Source of the DNA: Clostridium sp. CAG:288
GTDB lineage: Bacteria > Bacillota_I > Bacilli_A > RFN20 > CAG-288
Assembly (NCBI GenBank): GCA_000437395.1
Contig: FR898166.1
Span: 58,724-122,723, forward strand
DNA: 64,000 nt
Direction of reading: 5' to 3'
Made by a program: the position numbers and the translations under genes
The notes under the pieces: generated by a model
The model's input: only the letters and a program-made list of their open reading frames with translations
Database searches by the model: none
What the model was told of the DNA's origin: nothing
Part shown: piece by piece, positions 48,819 through 58,198 of the stretch
How the letters are laid out: the number at the start of each line of letters is the position of its first letter
Position numbering within the stretch: the stretch's first letter is position 1

Positions 48819-50279
48819 ATGCCATGTACAACGATATTAGTAGGTAAAAAAGCTAGCAATGATGGCTCAACAATGATTGCTAGAAACGATGATGGAAGAT
48901 TTGATGTTAAAAAAATAAAGGTTGTTGAAAAAGATAAACAACCTAGAAAATATGTAAGTAAAATTTCACATGTTGAAGTTGAATTACCAGAACATTCTTT
49001 AAGATATACAACTTGTCCAAACGTCGATCCTAAATATGGAATTTGGGCTGCTACTGGGATAAATGAAGCAAATGTTGGAATGAGTGCTACAGAGACTATC
49101 ACAACAAATGCTCGCGTCTTAGGTGGTGATCCTTACGTTAAGTGCGAAAAGAAAAGTAAAGGTAAAGATGAAGTTAAGGGTGGAATTGGTGAAGAAGATT
49201 TAGTTGTTTTAGTATTACCATATATTCATTCTGCAAGAGAAGGTGTCCTTAGACTCGGAAGACTTCTTGAAAAATATGGAACATATGAGCCAAATGGAAT
49301 AGCATTTAACGATAAAAATGAAGTTTGGTGGTTAGAAACAATAGGTGGACATCACTGGATTGCTAAAAGAGTAAAAGATGAAGAATATGTTATAATGCCA
49401 AATCAATTTGGATTAGACAATTTTGACTTTGAAGACGCTTTTAATGAAGGAAAAGAAAATCTTTGTTCCAAAGACTTGTTAGAATTTATTAAAGACAACA
49501 ATTTAGATCTAGAAGAATCAAAAGAATTTAATCCACGTGTTGCTTTTGGAAGTCACTCTGATGCTGATCACGTTTATAACACTCCACGTGGTTGGTATAT
49601 GGCAAGATATTTTAATCCAAAAACTTATAAGTGGGAAGGTGATAATGCTGACTTTACACCAGAAAGTGATGATATACCTTGGAGTTTAGTTCCAGAAAAA
49701 AAGATAACTATTGAAGATGTTAAATATATTTTGTCTTCATATTACCAAGGAACAAACTATAATCCATATTTAAAACACGATTATCCAGAAAAAGGAAAGT
49801 ATCGTCCAATAGGAATTAGTAGAACTGGTGTTATGGCTATTTGCCAAATTAGAAACAATGTTCCAGAAGAAATTAGCGCAGTTGAATGGCTTTGCTTCGG
49901 ATCTAATGCTTTTAACGTTTGCATACCTTTATATACAAATGTCGATAAGATGCCAAATTATGTTAGCAATGTTTCTTTAGATGTTTCGGTAGATAATTTC
50001 TATTGGGCAAGTAGATTGATTGGCGTTTTATGTGATGCTCATTATAGTAATTGTCTTATTTATGTTGAGAGATATCAAAATACAGTTGCTGCACTAGCTA
50101 GACAACACATAAAAGAATTTGATGAAAAATATATTAAATCATTAGATACTAACTTGTTGTCTAAAGCTAACGAAGAACTATGCAAGAAAGTTAAAGTTGA
50201 ATCACAAAATTTAATCAATACTTTAACTCTTGTGTGCTCGCAAGAAATGAAAAACGGATATTCACGATTCGATAATTAA
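48819..50279 (+). CDS. C69 family dipeptidase
   Basis: N-terminal nucleophile context MPCTTILVGKKASNDGSTMIARNDD is typical of the C69 (PepD/dipeptidase A) family. 486 aa. Confidence 0.8.
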   Translation: MPCTTILVGKKASNDGSTMIARNDDGRFDVKKIKVVEKDKQPRKYVSKISHVEVELPEHSLRYTTCPNVDPKYGIWAATGINEANVGMSATETITTNARVLGGDPYVKCEKKSKGKDEVKGGIGEEDLVVLVLPYIHSAREGVLRLGRLLEKYGTYEPNGIAFNDKNEVWWLETIGGHHWIAKRVKDEEYVIMPNQFGLDNFDFEDAFNEGKENLCSKDLLEFIKDNNLDLEESKEFNPRVAFGSHSDADHVYNTPRGWYMARYFNPKTYKWEGDNADFTPESDDIPWSLVPEKKITIEDVKYILSSYYQGTNYNPYLKHDYPEKGKYRPIGISRTGVMAICQIRNNVPEEISAVEWLCFGSNAFNVCIPLYTNVDKMPNYVSNVSLDVSVDNFYWASRLIGVLCDAHYSNCLIYVERYQNTVAALARQHIKEFDEKYIKSLDTNLLSKANEELCKKVKVESQNLINTLTLVCSQEMKNGYSRFDN

Positions 50280-50283
50280 AATA

Positions 50284-50342
50284 AAAGTGCTAAGCTTTTT
50301 AAACATAACATTTAATATATATGTTAAAAAGCTTGCACTTTT
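50284..50342. terminator. bidirectional terminator between convergent genes
   Basis: Near-perfect 21-bp inverted repeat AAAGTGCTAAGCTTTTTAAACAT / ATGTTAAAAAGCTTGCACTTT with T or A runs on both sides. Confidence 0.55.
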
Positions 50343-50353
50343 TATATGCTTAT

Positions 50354-51346
50354 TTATAAATACTTATCGGTAACTAGCTTATTGTAGTCGATAGTATCTT
50401 TACTATTTATTTCTCCTGCCATTTCAATAATAGTTAATAGTTTATCAAAGTTTTCTTTTGTTATGTGCATGTCTGTTGCCCAAGCTTCAATATTTCTATA
50501 GTTTTGAAGAATCATTTCAATTTCATCTAATGGAGAAGAAAGAAAATCATTTTGTACTACTTTAGCAATATTTTCAATAGGTTCTGTATAACAATACTTA
50601 ATAGCTTTATCAATAGCTTTAGTGAACTTTTTAAGCATATCACCATTTTTGTCCATAGTATTTTTTAAAGTGCTATAAGCTGTATAAGGAATTATTCCTG
50701 AAGATTCTCCTAAGCTTGCTACTATATGACCAACACCATTTTTTACTACTTGAGTTGCTGATGGTTCAAATAAGGCTACAAAATCACTTTGTCCTGCCTG
50801 AAATACTCCAGCTAAAACATCAAATTGAACATCAGTTCGAACGTTAACCTCAGCTTTAGGATCATCTTGTTTGACATCTAAACCGTTATTTTTAAGTATA
50901 TATTCTAATACCATCTCAGGCATTCCGCCTTTTCTACCACCGATAATCGTTTTACCTTTGGTCATATTCCAAGTGAAGTTATCAATTTTATCTCTAGCTA
51001 GCAAAAAGGAACCATCTTTTTGAGTTAACTTTGCAAAGTTAATGGCGTAGTTTGTGGCCCCTTGTTGTTCTATATATACAGTTGCTTCCGGACCCATTAA
51101 ACCTATTTGAGCATCTTTACTTAAAAGAGCTGCCATAGTTTTATCTGCACCAGGTGTTGTTATAAAGTCTATATCTAACCCTTCTGCTTTAAAGAAACCG
51201 AGATTTTTAGCTACATATTGAGGTGCATAGAAAAGAGAGTGAGTAACTTCTGCAACTATTACCTTGTTGCCATTTGTTTTATTACATCCTACTAGTGGGA
51301 TAACCATAAAGGATAGTAAACCTATCATCAATTTGTTATATTTCAT
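50354..51346 (-). CDS. ABC transporter substrate-binding lipoprotein, NMT1/SsuA/ThiY-like (NitT/TauT family)
   Basis: Lipoprotein signal MKYNKLMIGLLSFMVIPLVGC. Start chosen at the internal Met immediately after the permease stop (translational coupling). Operon with a TauC-like permease and TauB-like ATPase. Confidence 0.65.
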   Translation of the reverse strand: MKYNKLMIGLLSFMVIPLVGCNKTNGNKVIVAEVTHSLFYAPQYVAKNLGFFKAEGLDIDFITTPGADKTMAALLSKDAQIGLMGPEATVYIEQQGATNYAINFAKLTQKDGSFLLARDKIDNFTWNMTKGKTIIGGRKGGMPEMVLEYILKNNGLDVKQDDPKAEVNVRTDVQFDVLAGVFQAGQSDFVALFEPSATQVVKNGVGHIVASLGESSGIIPYTAYSTLKNTMDKNGDMLKKFTKAIDKAIKYCYTEPIENIAKVVQNDFLSSPLDEIEMILQNYRNIEAWATDMHITKENFDKLLTIIEMAGEINSKDTIDYNKLVTDKYL

Positions 51347-51347
51347 T

Positions 51348-52160
51348 TTATTTTCTTTTTGTATTCCTTCCTTGTAAGTACTTTTCAAATAAAGCGAGTA
51401 TTTCATACATAGCAAAAGCAATGACAGCTAAAATAAGTACACCCATCATAACTAAGTCGAGTTTAAAGACTTGACCGCCATATACTACAAGATACCCAAT
51501 TCCTCCACGAGATACTAAAAACTCACCGACAATTACACCAACCCAAGCTAAACCAATATTGATTTTAACAAGAGAAATAATATTGGATAAATTGCCTGGA
51601 AGAACTAATTTAAAAAGTATTTGTCTTTTATTAGCTCCATACGATTGAAGCATTTTTACTTGCTCAGCATCGACACTTTTAAAATATGAATGAGCTTGAA
51701 TTATTGTTACAACAAGTGATAGAGAAACACTGACTGCAACAATCCCTTTAATTCCTGTTCCTACCCAAATGATAATTATTGGTGCTAACGCTGTTTTTGG
51801 AAGAGCATTTAAAACTACTAATATTGGATCAAGTATTTTATATAGTTTAGGTAAAAGATACAAAATAATTGCAAATATTAGTCCACTTGTCGTACCAATA
51901 AGTAGTCCAATAATTGTTTCATAAACAGATATTCCAACATGTTTAGCTAATTCTCCAGATTTCATATATGTTAAAAATAATGAGAACACATCACTAGGCT
52001 TACTAACTAAGAAAACATTTAAAAATCCTAATCTAGCACCGACTTCCCATAAAACAAAAAAGCCAATTACTATTAATGATCTTAACAAAATAACTATTAA
52101 TTTATCTTTTCTTACTTGCTTTTTAAAGTCTTTAAATGTTTCAATTTTCTTATTCTTCAT
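51348..52160 (-). CDS. ABC transporter permease (NitT/TauT family)
   Basis: 270 aa, six TM helices, binding-protein-dependent permease fold. Confidence 0.75.
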   Translation of the reverse strand: MKNKKIETFKDFKKQVRKDKLIVILLRSLIVIGFFVLWEVGARLGFLNVFLVSKPSDVFSLFLTYMKSGELAKHVGISVYETIIGLLIGTTSGLIFAIILYLLPKLYKILDPILVVLNALPKTALAPIIIIWVGTGIKGIVAVSVSLSLVVTIIQAHSYFKSVDAEQVKMLQSYGANKRQILFKLVLPGNLSNIISLVKINIGLAWVGVIVGEFLVSRGGIGYLVVYGGQVFKLDLVMMGVLILAVIAFAMYEILALFEKYLQGRNTKRK

Positions 52161-52908
52161 GGCTTAGATCCTTATAAATTTTGTCAAAATAAACTTGAAA
52201 TTCTTTTGTTGTACGTGCGTTTGTAGGAGTATGTTCTTTGCCTTCAAAGTTAAGTTTTATTTGATAGTTTCCAAGTATTTTTGATGGTCGCTTTGAAATT
52301 ACAATAACTCTATCCGAAAGAGAAATAGCTTCTGAAATATCATGAGTGACGATAATAGCACTTTTTTGTTCTTTTCTAATTATGTTATTAACATCATCCT
52401 CTAAATTTAGTCTTGTTATGTAGTCTAAAGCTGAAAATGGTTCATCTAACAACAATAAATTTGGCTTTAATGCTAGAGTTCTTATTAATGCAACACGTTG
52501 TCTCATGCCACCTGATAAAGTGCTAGGGTAAGCATCTATAAAATCTTTTAATCCATATTTATTTAATAAACTTAAAACGTATTTTTTGTCTTCTGCATTT
52601 ATTTTACCTTTAATTTCTAACCCTAAAACGACATTCTTATATACTGTCCTCCAAGGAAATAAATTGTCTTTTTGAAACATATAACCGAATTGTTTAGTAG
52701 TTTGAATAAAGCCGCTATCTTGGCTAATTAAACCAGAAATTAAATTTAATATTGTTGATTTGCCAGCACCAGAAGGTCCAACTAACGTTACTATTTCATT
52801 ATTTTGTACTTCAAAAGATATGTTATTTAAAACATCTAACCGTCCATCTTTATTAAAAAAATGTTTATAAACATTTTCAAATTTAACTATAGGGTTCAAA
52901 ATACTCAC
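52150..52908 (-). CDS. ABC transporter ATP-binding protein (NitT/TauT family)
   Basis: Walker A GPSGAGKST, signature LSGGMRQRV, Walker B LLLDEP. GTG start. Confidence 0.85.
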   Translation of the reverse strand: MSILNPIVKFENVYKHFFNKDGRLDVLNNISFEVQNNEIVTLVGPSGAGKSTILNLISGLISQDSGFIQTTKQFGYMFQKDNLFPWRTVYKNVVLGLEIKGKINAEDKKYVLSLLNKYGLKDFIDAYPSTLSGGMRQRVALIRTLALKPNLLLLDEPFSALDYITRLNLEDDVNNIIRKEQKSAIIVTHDISEAISLSDRVIVISKRPSKILGNYQIKLNFEGKEHTPTNARTTKEFQVYFDKIYKDLSHEE

Positions 52909-52921
52909 CTATTTTAGAATA

Positions 52922-52953
52922 TGAAAAAACCAGAACTGCCGTAACAGTTCTGG
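52922..52953 (-). terminator. rho-independent terminator after mgtE
   Basis: CCAGAACTG-ccgtaa-CAGTTCTGG stem followed on the minus strand by TTTTTT. Confidence 0.55.
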
Positions 52954-52972
52954 TAAATAATCCACTTTTTAC

Positions 52973-54397
52973 CTACAAACCTAATATTAATTTGGCAAGG
53001 AGGAAATAAACAGCAAGTGAACTTACATCAAGTATTGTTGTAATTAAAGGTCCTGCCATCAATGCTGGGTCGAGGTGAATTAGCTTAGCTAGCATTGGTA
53101 ATGAGCTACCAAGAGTTTTAGCCATAACAATAATAAGATACATAGTCAATGAAACAAGGAGGGCTAAAAGCCATTCAGGGTAATTTGTAGCTCCACCTGT
53201 TGCATCGATAATGCCAGTTTTTAATTCTATAAATATCCAAGCAAAGTTGAAGGCAGAGATGAATAAGCCTGTGATTAAAGCTACTCTAAACTCTTTCCAT
53301 AAAACTTTTGGATAATCTGATAATTTTACTTCACCTAAAGCTAAAGCTCTTGTAACGACTGTTGTTGTTTGGTTACCAGCATTACCTGATGTATCCATTA
53401 GCATAGGAACAAATACCGTCAAAACTGGGACGACCATGAGCAAACTTTCAAAGTTATTTAATAAGAGTCCAGTAAGTGTGGCAGAGAGCATTAAGACTAA
53501 TAGCCATACAACTCTTGATTTAGCAAGTTTGAAGACTCCAGTTTTTAAATAAGGTGTATCAACAGGAGTGATAGCAGCCATCTTTTGCAAGTCTTCTGTG
53601 TTTTCTTCTTCAATAACGTCCATGACATCATCGAAAGTAATAATACCTAACAATCTTCCTTCAGTATTAACAACTGGTAAGACAGGAATATCATATTTTT
53701 TAAATATTCTAGCAACTTCTTCTTGGTCGGTATTTGTATAAACTTCTGTATAATCAGTGTTCATGATTTCAGTGATTGGAGTATCATCTTTAGCAAATAC
53801 TAGTTCTTCAAGAGAAAGAGTACCAATAAGCTTTCTTGATTCATCGACAACAAACGTTGTAGCTACTGTTTCTGCACCTTTACCAATGGACTTGATTTTG
53901 TCTAAAGCTTCTTTAGCTGTAGCTGTCTTTTTAATTTCGACATATTCACTGGTCATGATTGAACCAGCAGAGTCATCATTGTAATTTAAAAATCTATTGA
54001 TATTACCACGATTTTCTTTATCGGTAGCTTGCAAAACTTTAGAAACTAAGTTACTTGGCAACTCTTCGACAAAGTCGATCAAGTCATCGGTTGACATATC
54101 TCTAATTAAGTTTTGAATATCAGCTTCTGAGAAAGCCTCAACAATAGTTTGTTGTTGATCTTGATCAAGATATGAGAAAATTTCTGCTGTATATTCATTT
54201 TGAATAGTCTTAAACAAAAGGATAACGTCTCTTTTGTCTTCAGCTTGATCGTAGTCCATAAGCTTTATTGCATCAGCAACAACAATTGGAGAGTGGTCTT
54301 CAACAAGACTTCGTAGGGAAGTAAAATCCTTTTTTGCTATAAGTGATCTTATTTCTGCTAATAGTTGTTCACTATCGGTTATTTCTTCTTCGTTCAT
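52973..54397 (-). CDS. mgtE: magnesium transporter MgtE
   Basis: MgtE N-domain, tandem CBS domains and a C-terminal five-TM transporter domain. 474 aa. AGGAGG RBS. Confidence 0.9.
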   Translation of the reverse strand: MNEEEITDSEQLLAEIRSLIAKKDFTSLRSLVEDHSPIVVADAIKLMDYDQAEDKRDVILLFKTIQNEYTAEIFSYLDQDQQQTIVEAFSEADIQNLIRDMSTDDLIDFVEELPSNLVSKVLQATDKENRGNINRFLNYNDDSAGSIMTSEYVEIKKTATAKEALDKIKSIGKGAETVATTFVVDESRKLIGTLSLEELVFAKDDTPITEIMNTDYTEVYTNTDQEEVARIFKKYDIPVLPVVNTEGRLLGIITFDDVMDVIEEENTEDLQKMAAITPVDTPYLKTGVFKLAKSRVVWLLVLMLSATLTGLLLNNFESLLMVVPVLTVFVPMLMDTSGNAGNQTTTVVTRALALGEVKLSDYPKVLWKEFRVALITGLFISAFNFAWIFIELKTGIIDATGGATNYPEWLLALLVSLTMYLIIVMAKTLGSSLPMLAKLIHLDPALMAGPLITTILDVSSLAVYFLLAKLILGL

Positions 54398-54467
54398 GTT
54401 AATGACCTCCTTTCGTCTTTGCTAGTATGGCATTTTAAATCGATTTTTACAAGACGAAAAGAAAAAA

Positions 54468-54683
54468 TTATAATACTTTTACATAAATTTCTTTAACTTC
54501 GCTTTTATTTAAGTATAAAACAGAATCATCGAATAATATTACTATAAAGTTAAATGTTTTATATAATACTTCAACTAATTGATTTTCTCTTAATCCATAA
54601 TTATATAAATCATCATTTTTAATAGAATAAATAACACATTTTTTGTTGGTTTTAATAGAATTTAGGTTTACGATTTCTTCCAT
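54468..54683 (-). CDS. small FeoA-like (SH3-like) protein, tentative
   Basis: 71 aa. The pattern LNSIKTNKKCVIYSIKNDD...YGLRENQLVEVLYKT...LFDDSVLYLNKSEVKEIYVKV fits the FeoA domain spacing. The RBS is weak. Confidence 0.35.
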   Translation of the reverse strand: MEEIVNLNSIKTNKKCVIYSIKNDDLYNYGLRENQLVEVLYKTFNFIVILFDDSVLYLNKSEVKEIYVKVL

Positions 54684-54904
54684 AGTTAAATTAAAATATG
54701 CAACTAGTAATAAAATGGTTACTTTGCTTATATCTCATCAATTATGATTAGCTTAAAAGTGTTGTGCGCAAAAAATGGGCAATAAAGTAAAAAATGAACA
54801 AATGATATGCTTTCAATTATTGAAAAAAATTATCTTGTATGAGAAAATATAAACGATACCGAGCTTGCTCGGACAAATAATAAAGAAAGGTTAATAGGTA
54901 ACTT

Positions 54905-55597
54905 ATGGATTACTCCAAAGAAGTTAGCAACCAATGTATTGTTAATAAAGGTTGCGATCACGGCCCAGCACCAATCCCAGAAGAAGGTAGATGGGTCCTT
55001 GCTAAAGAGATTAAAGATATCTCTGGCCTCAGCCACGGTGTCGGCTGGTGTGCTCCTCAACAAGGTGCTTGTAAGTTAACATTAAATGTTAAAAACGGCA
55101 TCATCGAAGAAGCTCTCGTTGAGACTATCGGTTGTTCCGGTATGACTCACTCTGCAGCTATGGCTGTAGAAATTTTACAAGGAAAGACACTCCTTGAAGC
55201 TCTTAACACAGATCTTGTCTGCGATGCAATTAACGTTGCAATGCGCGAAATCTTTAAACAATTTGTTTATGGACGTACACAAACTGCTTTCTCAGAGAAC
55301 GGTCTTCCAGTTGGTTCATCATTAGATGACCTTGGTAAGAACATTCGTAGCCAAGTTGCTACAATGGTTGGCACAAAAGCAAAAGGCCCACGTTATCTTG
55401 AAATGACAGATGGTTATGTCTTAAAGCTTGGTCTCGATAGTCACGATGAAATTATCGGTTATCAATTTGTCAATCTCGGCAAAATGATGAACGCAATCCG
55501 TAGTGGTGTCGATCCAAAAGAAGCATATGAAAAAGCAATTGGTCAATATGGCCGCTTCAGTGAAGCAGTCAAGACTATTGACCCAAGAAAGGAGTAA
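54905..55597 (+). CDS. NifU/IscU-like N-terminal domain protein with C-terminal extension (Fe-S scaffold-like)
   Basis: Three conserved Cys in IscU-like contexts (GWCAPQQGAC, ETIGCSGMTHSAAMAVEILQGKTLLEAL, DLVCDAINVA), plus a ~100-aa C-terminal extension. Confidence 0.6.
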   Translation: MDYSKEVSNQCIVNKGCDHGPAPIPEEGRWVLAKEIKDISGLSHGVGWCAPQQGACKLTLNVKNGIIEEALVETIGCSGMTHSAAMAVEILQGKTLLEALNTDLVCDAINVAMREIFKQFVYGRTQTAFSENGLPVGSSLDDLGKNIRSQVATMVGTKAKGPRYLEMTDGYVLKLGLDSHDEIIGYQFVNLGKMMNAIRSGVDPKEAYEKAIGQYGRFSEAVKTIDPRKE

Positions 55598-55602
55598 TTT
55601 TT

Positions 55603-56607
55603 ATGGCTACATTTGAAAACTCCGAACGTCGTGCAGCTGGCATTGCCGCATGCTGTGCAAAATATGGCATCAAGGATTTAGACGAAGCAAGAGAAATTTG
55701 CTTAGCTCATGGAATTGATGTTGAAAAAATAGTTAAAGGTGTTCAACCAATTTGTTTCGATAACGCTGTTTGGGCTTATACACTTGGTGTTGCAATCGGC
55801 TTAAAAGAAGGTGTTAAGACAGCTGTTAAAGCTAGTGAACTTATTGGTGTTGGTCTCCAAGCTTTCTGTGTTCCTGGTTCTGTTGCCCAAGTTCGTGAAG
55901 TCGGCTTAGGTCATGGTAACTTAGGTGCTATGTTATTAAGTGAAGAAACAAAATGCTTCTGCTTCTTAGCAGGTCACGAATCATTTGCTGCTGCTGAAGG
56001 TGCAATTGGTATTGCTCGTAACGCAAACAAAGCAAGAAAAACTCCATTAAAGGTTATCTTAAATGGTTTAGGAAAAGATGCTGCTTACATCATTTCAAGA
56101 ATCAATGGTTTTACATATGTCCAAACAGATTATGATTTTGCAACATCTGAACTTAAGATTGTTAGAGAAGTTAAATTCTCTGATGGCGAAAGAGCCAACA
56201 TTCGTTGCTATGGTGCAAACGACGTTTCTGAAGGTGTTGCTATTATGCAATATGAAGATGTCGACGTTTCCATCACTGGTAACTCTACAAACCCAACTAG
56301 ATTCCAACATCCAGTTGCTGGTACATATAAAAACTGGGCTTGGTCTCATGGTAAGAAGTATTTCTCAGTCGCTTCAGGTGGCGGTACTGGTAGAACACTT
56401 CACCCAGACAACATGGCCGCTGGTCCATCTTCTTATGGCTTAACAGATACCATGGGAAGAATGCACGCTGATGCACAATTTGCTGGTTCTTCATCAGTTC
56501 CTGCTCACGTTGAAATGATGGGTCTCATCGGTATGGGTAATAACCCAATGGTCGGTGCCACAGTTAGCTGCGCAGTTGCTGTCTACGAAGCAAACAAAGA
56601 TAAGTAA
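55603..56607 (+). CDS. GGGtGRT family protein (conserved, function unknown)
   Basis: 334 aa containing the eponymous motif ASGGGTGRTLHPDNMAAGP. Family identity and its usual pairing with a NifU-like gene are from memory. Confidence 0.65.
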   Translation: MATFENSERRAAGIAACCAKYGIKDLDEAREICLAHGIDVEKIVKGVQPICFDNAVWAYTLGVAIGLKEGVKTAVKASELIGVGLQAFCVPGSVAQVREVGLGHGNLGAMLLSEETKCFCFLAGHESFAAAEGAIGIARNANKARKTPLKVILNGLGKDAAYIISRINGFTYVQTDYDFATSELKIVREVKFSDGERANIRCYGANDVSEGVAIMQYEDVDVSITGNSTNPTRFQHPVAGTYKNWAWSHGKKYFSVASGGGTGRTLHPDNMAAGPSSYGLTDTMGRMHADAQFAGSSSVPAHVEMMGLIGMGNNPMVGATVSCAVAVYEANKDK

Positions 56608-56618
56608 AATTAATAATT

Positions 56619-56678
56619 AGAGCTTAATTCAAAAGTAATACTGTAATCAGTTATTTCTTAAGAGTTAAGCTCTTTTTA
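56619..56678 (+). terminator. putative terminator after the NifU-like/GGGtGRT operon
   Basis: AGAGCTTAA ... TTAAGCTCT stem with a long loop, followed by TTTTT. Confidence 0.4.
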
Positions 56679-56768
56679 TATGCTTTATTTATTTTTTGGG
56701 GCATTTTAACAAAAAAAGTAGGATTTTGTCGAAATTTTCCCATATATAAAATAGGAGGATAGACAGAA

Positions 56769-57149
56769 ATGACTTATAAAGAAATGTCTAAAGAATTAAA
56801 AGAGATTGCTAAGACTTACAATAGAAGCTTACAAGATCTAATTGTAAATGGCGCACAAATTAAAGAAGGATTTTTATTTGATCCATCTAAAAGAAATGAT
56901 GAGTACGCGTTTTTCCAGTTTAAGGGAACAAACTCATCGACAATTAACGCTGAAAGGTTTGTTTTAAGTGTCAATTTTGCTCTGACATGTCTAAAAACTG
57001 AATATAGAACAATCTTATGGCACGATTATTTCCGCAAAGCAGAAAATGGATGGTGGATTTCTTATTTTTCTAAAACATCGTATTATCGAAATAGACGAGA
57101 GGCAGTAAAAGAATTTATGGAGATAAAAATGGATGCTAACAACTTTTAA
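56769..57149 (+). CDS. small sigma-70 region-4-like transcriptional regulator (ArpU/RinA-type phage-like activator)
   Basis: 126 aa. The C-terminal LKTEYRTILWHDYFRKAENGWWISYFSKTSYYRNRREAVKEF matches the sigma region 4 HTH spacing. AGGAGGA RBS. Confidence 0.5.
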   Translation: MTYKEMSKELKEIAKTYNRSLQDLIVNGAQIKEGFLFDPSKRNDEYAFFQFKGTNSSTINAERFVLSVNFALTCLKTEYRTILWHDYFRKAENGWWISYFSKTSYYRNRREAVKEFMEIKMDANNF

Positions 57150-57867
57150 GAATAGTTTATCTATTTTATTCTTTTTGCCTTTATTAGTTTTTGATCAAAA
57201 TAATAATCATGTTTCTGATATAAAAATTAAAACTGTTGATAATGGATATGAAGTTTCTTTTATTGCTAATAGTTTGATTGATGAGACTTTAAAAGTTACA
57301 TATAAAGAAAACATTAAAATATTGTGCGATAATTTAGGAAAAAATAATTATTCGTTTATTATCAATTTTCATGAATTTGATGGTGGAAATGATAACATTT
57401 ATTTTTATTTAGGCGATGATGTTTTTAATGCTAATGTCATAAATTATATAAATAACGAATTTAATAAAAAAACAGATTATATATTTACTCGTCCTATAGG
57501 CATAGATACAAATTCGAAATTTATTTATGAAACTTTAATTATTGAACCGCTCGAATTTGAATTGTGGTCAAATTGTAATTATTATGTTGGTCCAATTGTT
57601 AAGTTTAAGTCAAATAAAGATTATGAAGAAATAAAAGATTATTGCTTTTCTGTAACAACAAAAACTTTTAGTAAAAATTTAAAGATAGTTAAAGATCTGG
57701 ATAATTATATGCTTGCTTTGGATTATATAAATGTCAGTTTGAATAACGAACTTTTAGACTATTCTATAAATTTTAATGATCAAATACTTGTTAGAGGAAA
57801 AATATTATCACATAAAACTTTTGATAGCAAAAATGGAATAGGTGAATATGAAATACATCAAATTTAA
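57133..57867 (+). CDS. secreted or membrane-anchored hypothetical protein
   Basis: 244 aa with N-terminal hydrophobic signal LSILFFLPLLVF. About 21% GC. Overlaps the upstream gene by 17 nt. Confidence 0.5.
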   Translation: MLTTFKNSLSILFFLPLLVFDQNNNHVSDIKIKTVDNGYEVSFIANSLIDETLKVTYKENIKILCDNLGKNNYSFIINFHEFDGGNDNIYFYLGDDVFNANVINYINNEFNKKTDYIFTRPIGIDTNSKFIYETLIIEPLEFELWSNCNYYVGPIVKFKSNKDYEEIKDYCFSVTTKTFSKNLKIVKDLDNYMLALDYINVSLNNELLDYSINFNDQILVRGKILSHKTFDSKNGIGEYEIHQI

Positions 57868-58198
57868 TTTGTCTTTTTTAATTATATTCATCGGTTTGAA
57901 TTATATATATTTCAATTTTGGTAAAAATAAATTTAATTTTCAAATTGAAAGTTTTTTAAAAGAGAATTTAAAAAAAGCATTTTTAGACAATGTTGTTTTT
58001 GTTGATGAAAAACCAATGATTGATTCAGATAATTTAATAAAAGAATATAGTTATTTAGTTTATCAAAAATATAGAGAAGCTGAAATAACACAAATTTACA
58101 TTGATGATGAATATAAAAAATATGTATATAGCATTAAAGAGATAGTAACTATAGATGAAGTTAAATATGAGGTTGGGTATGGAATTAAAGAAAAGTAA
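57848..58198 (+). CDS. small N-terminally anchored membrane protein, hypothetical
   Basis: TM FNLSFLIIFIGLNYIYF followed by an ~85-aa charged domain. Overlaps the upstream gene by 20 nt. Confidence 0.45.
   Translation: MKYIKFNLSFLIIFIGLNYIYFNFGKNKFNFQIESFLKENLKKAFLDNVVFVDEKPMIDSDNLIKEYSYLVYQKYREAEITQIYIDDEYKKYVYSIKEIVTIDEVKYEVGYGIKEK

Noticed and set aside
54398-54900. M-box (Mg2+) riboswitch upstream of mgtE
   Set aside because: Expected from established knowledge, but no GGTGAGG-type conserved core is visible on the correct strand. Not called.
56078-56494. Three overlapping ORFs (121, 84, 65 aa) inside the GGGtGRT gene
   Set aside because: They are alternative-frame or antisense ORFs arising in a locally higher-GC gene, with no RBS. 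The main frame carries the conserved family motif.
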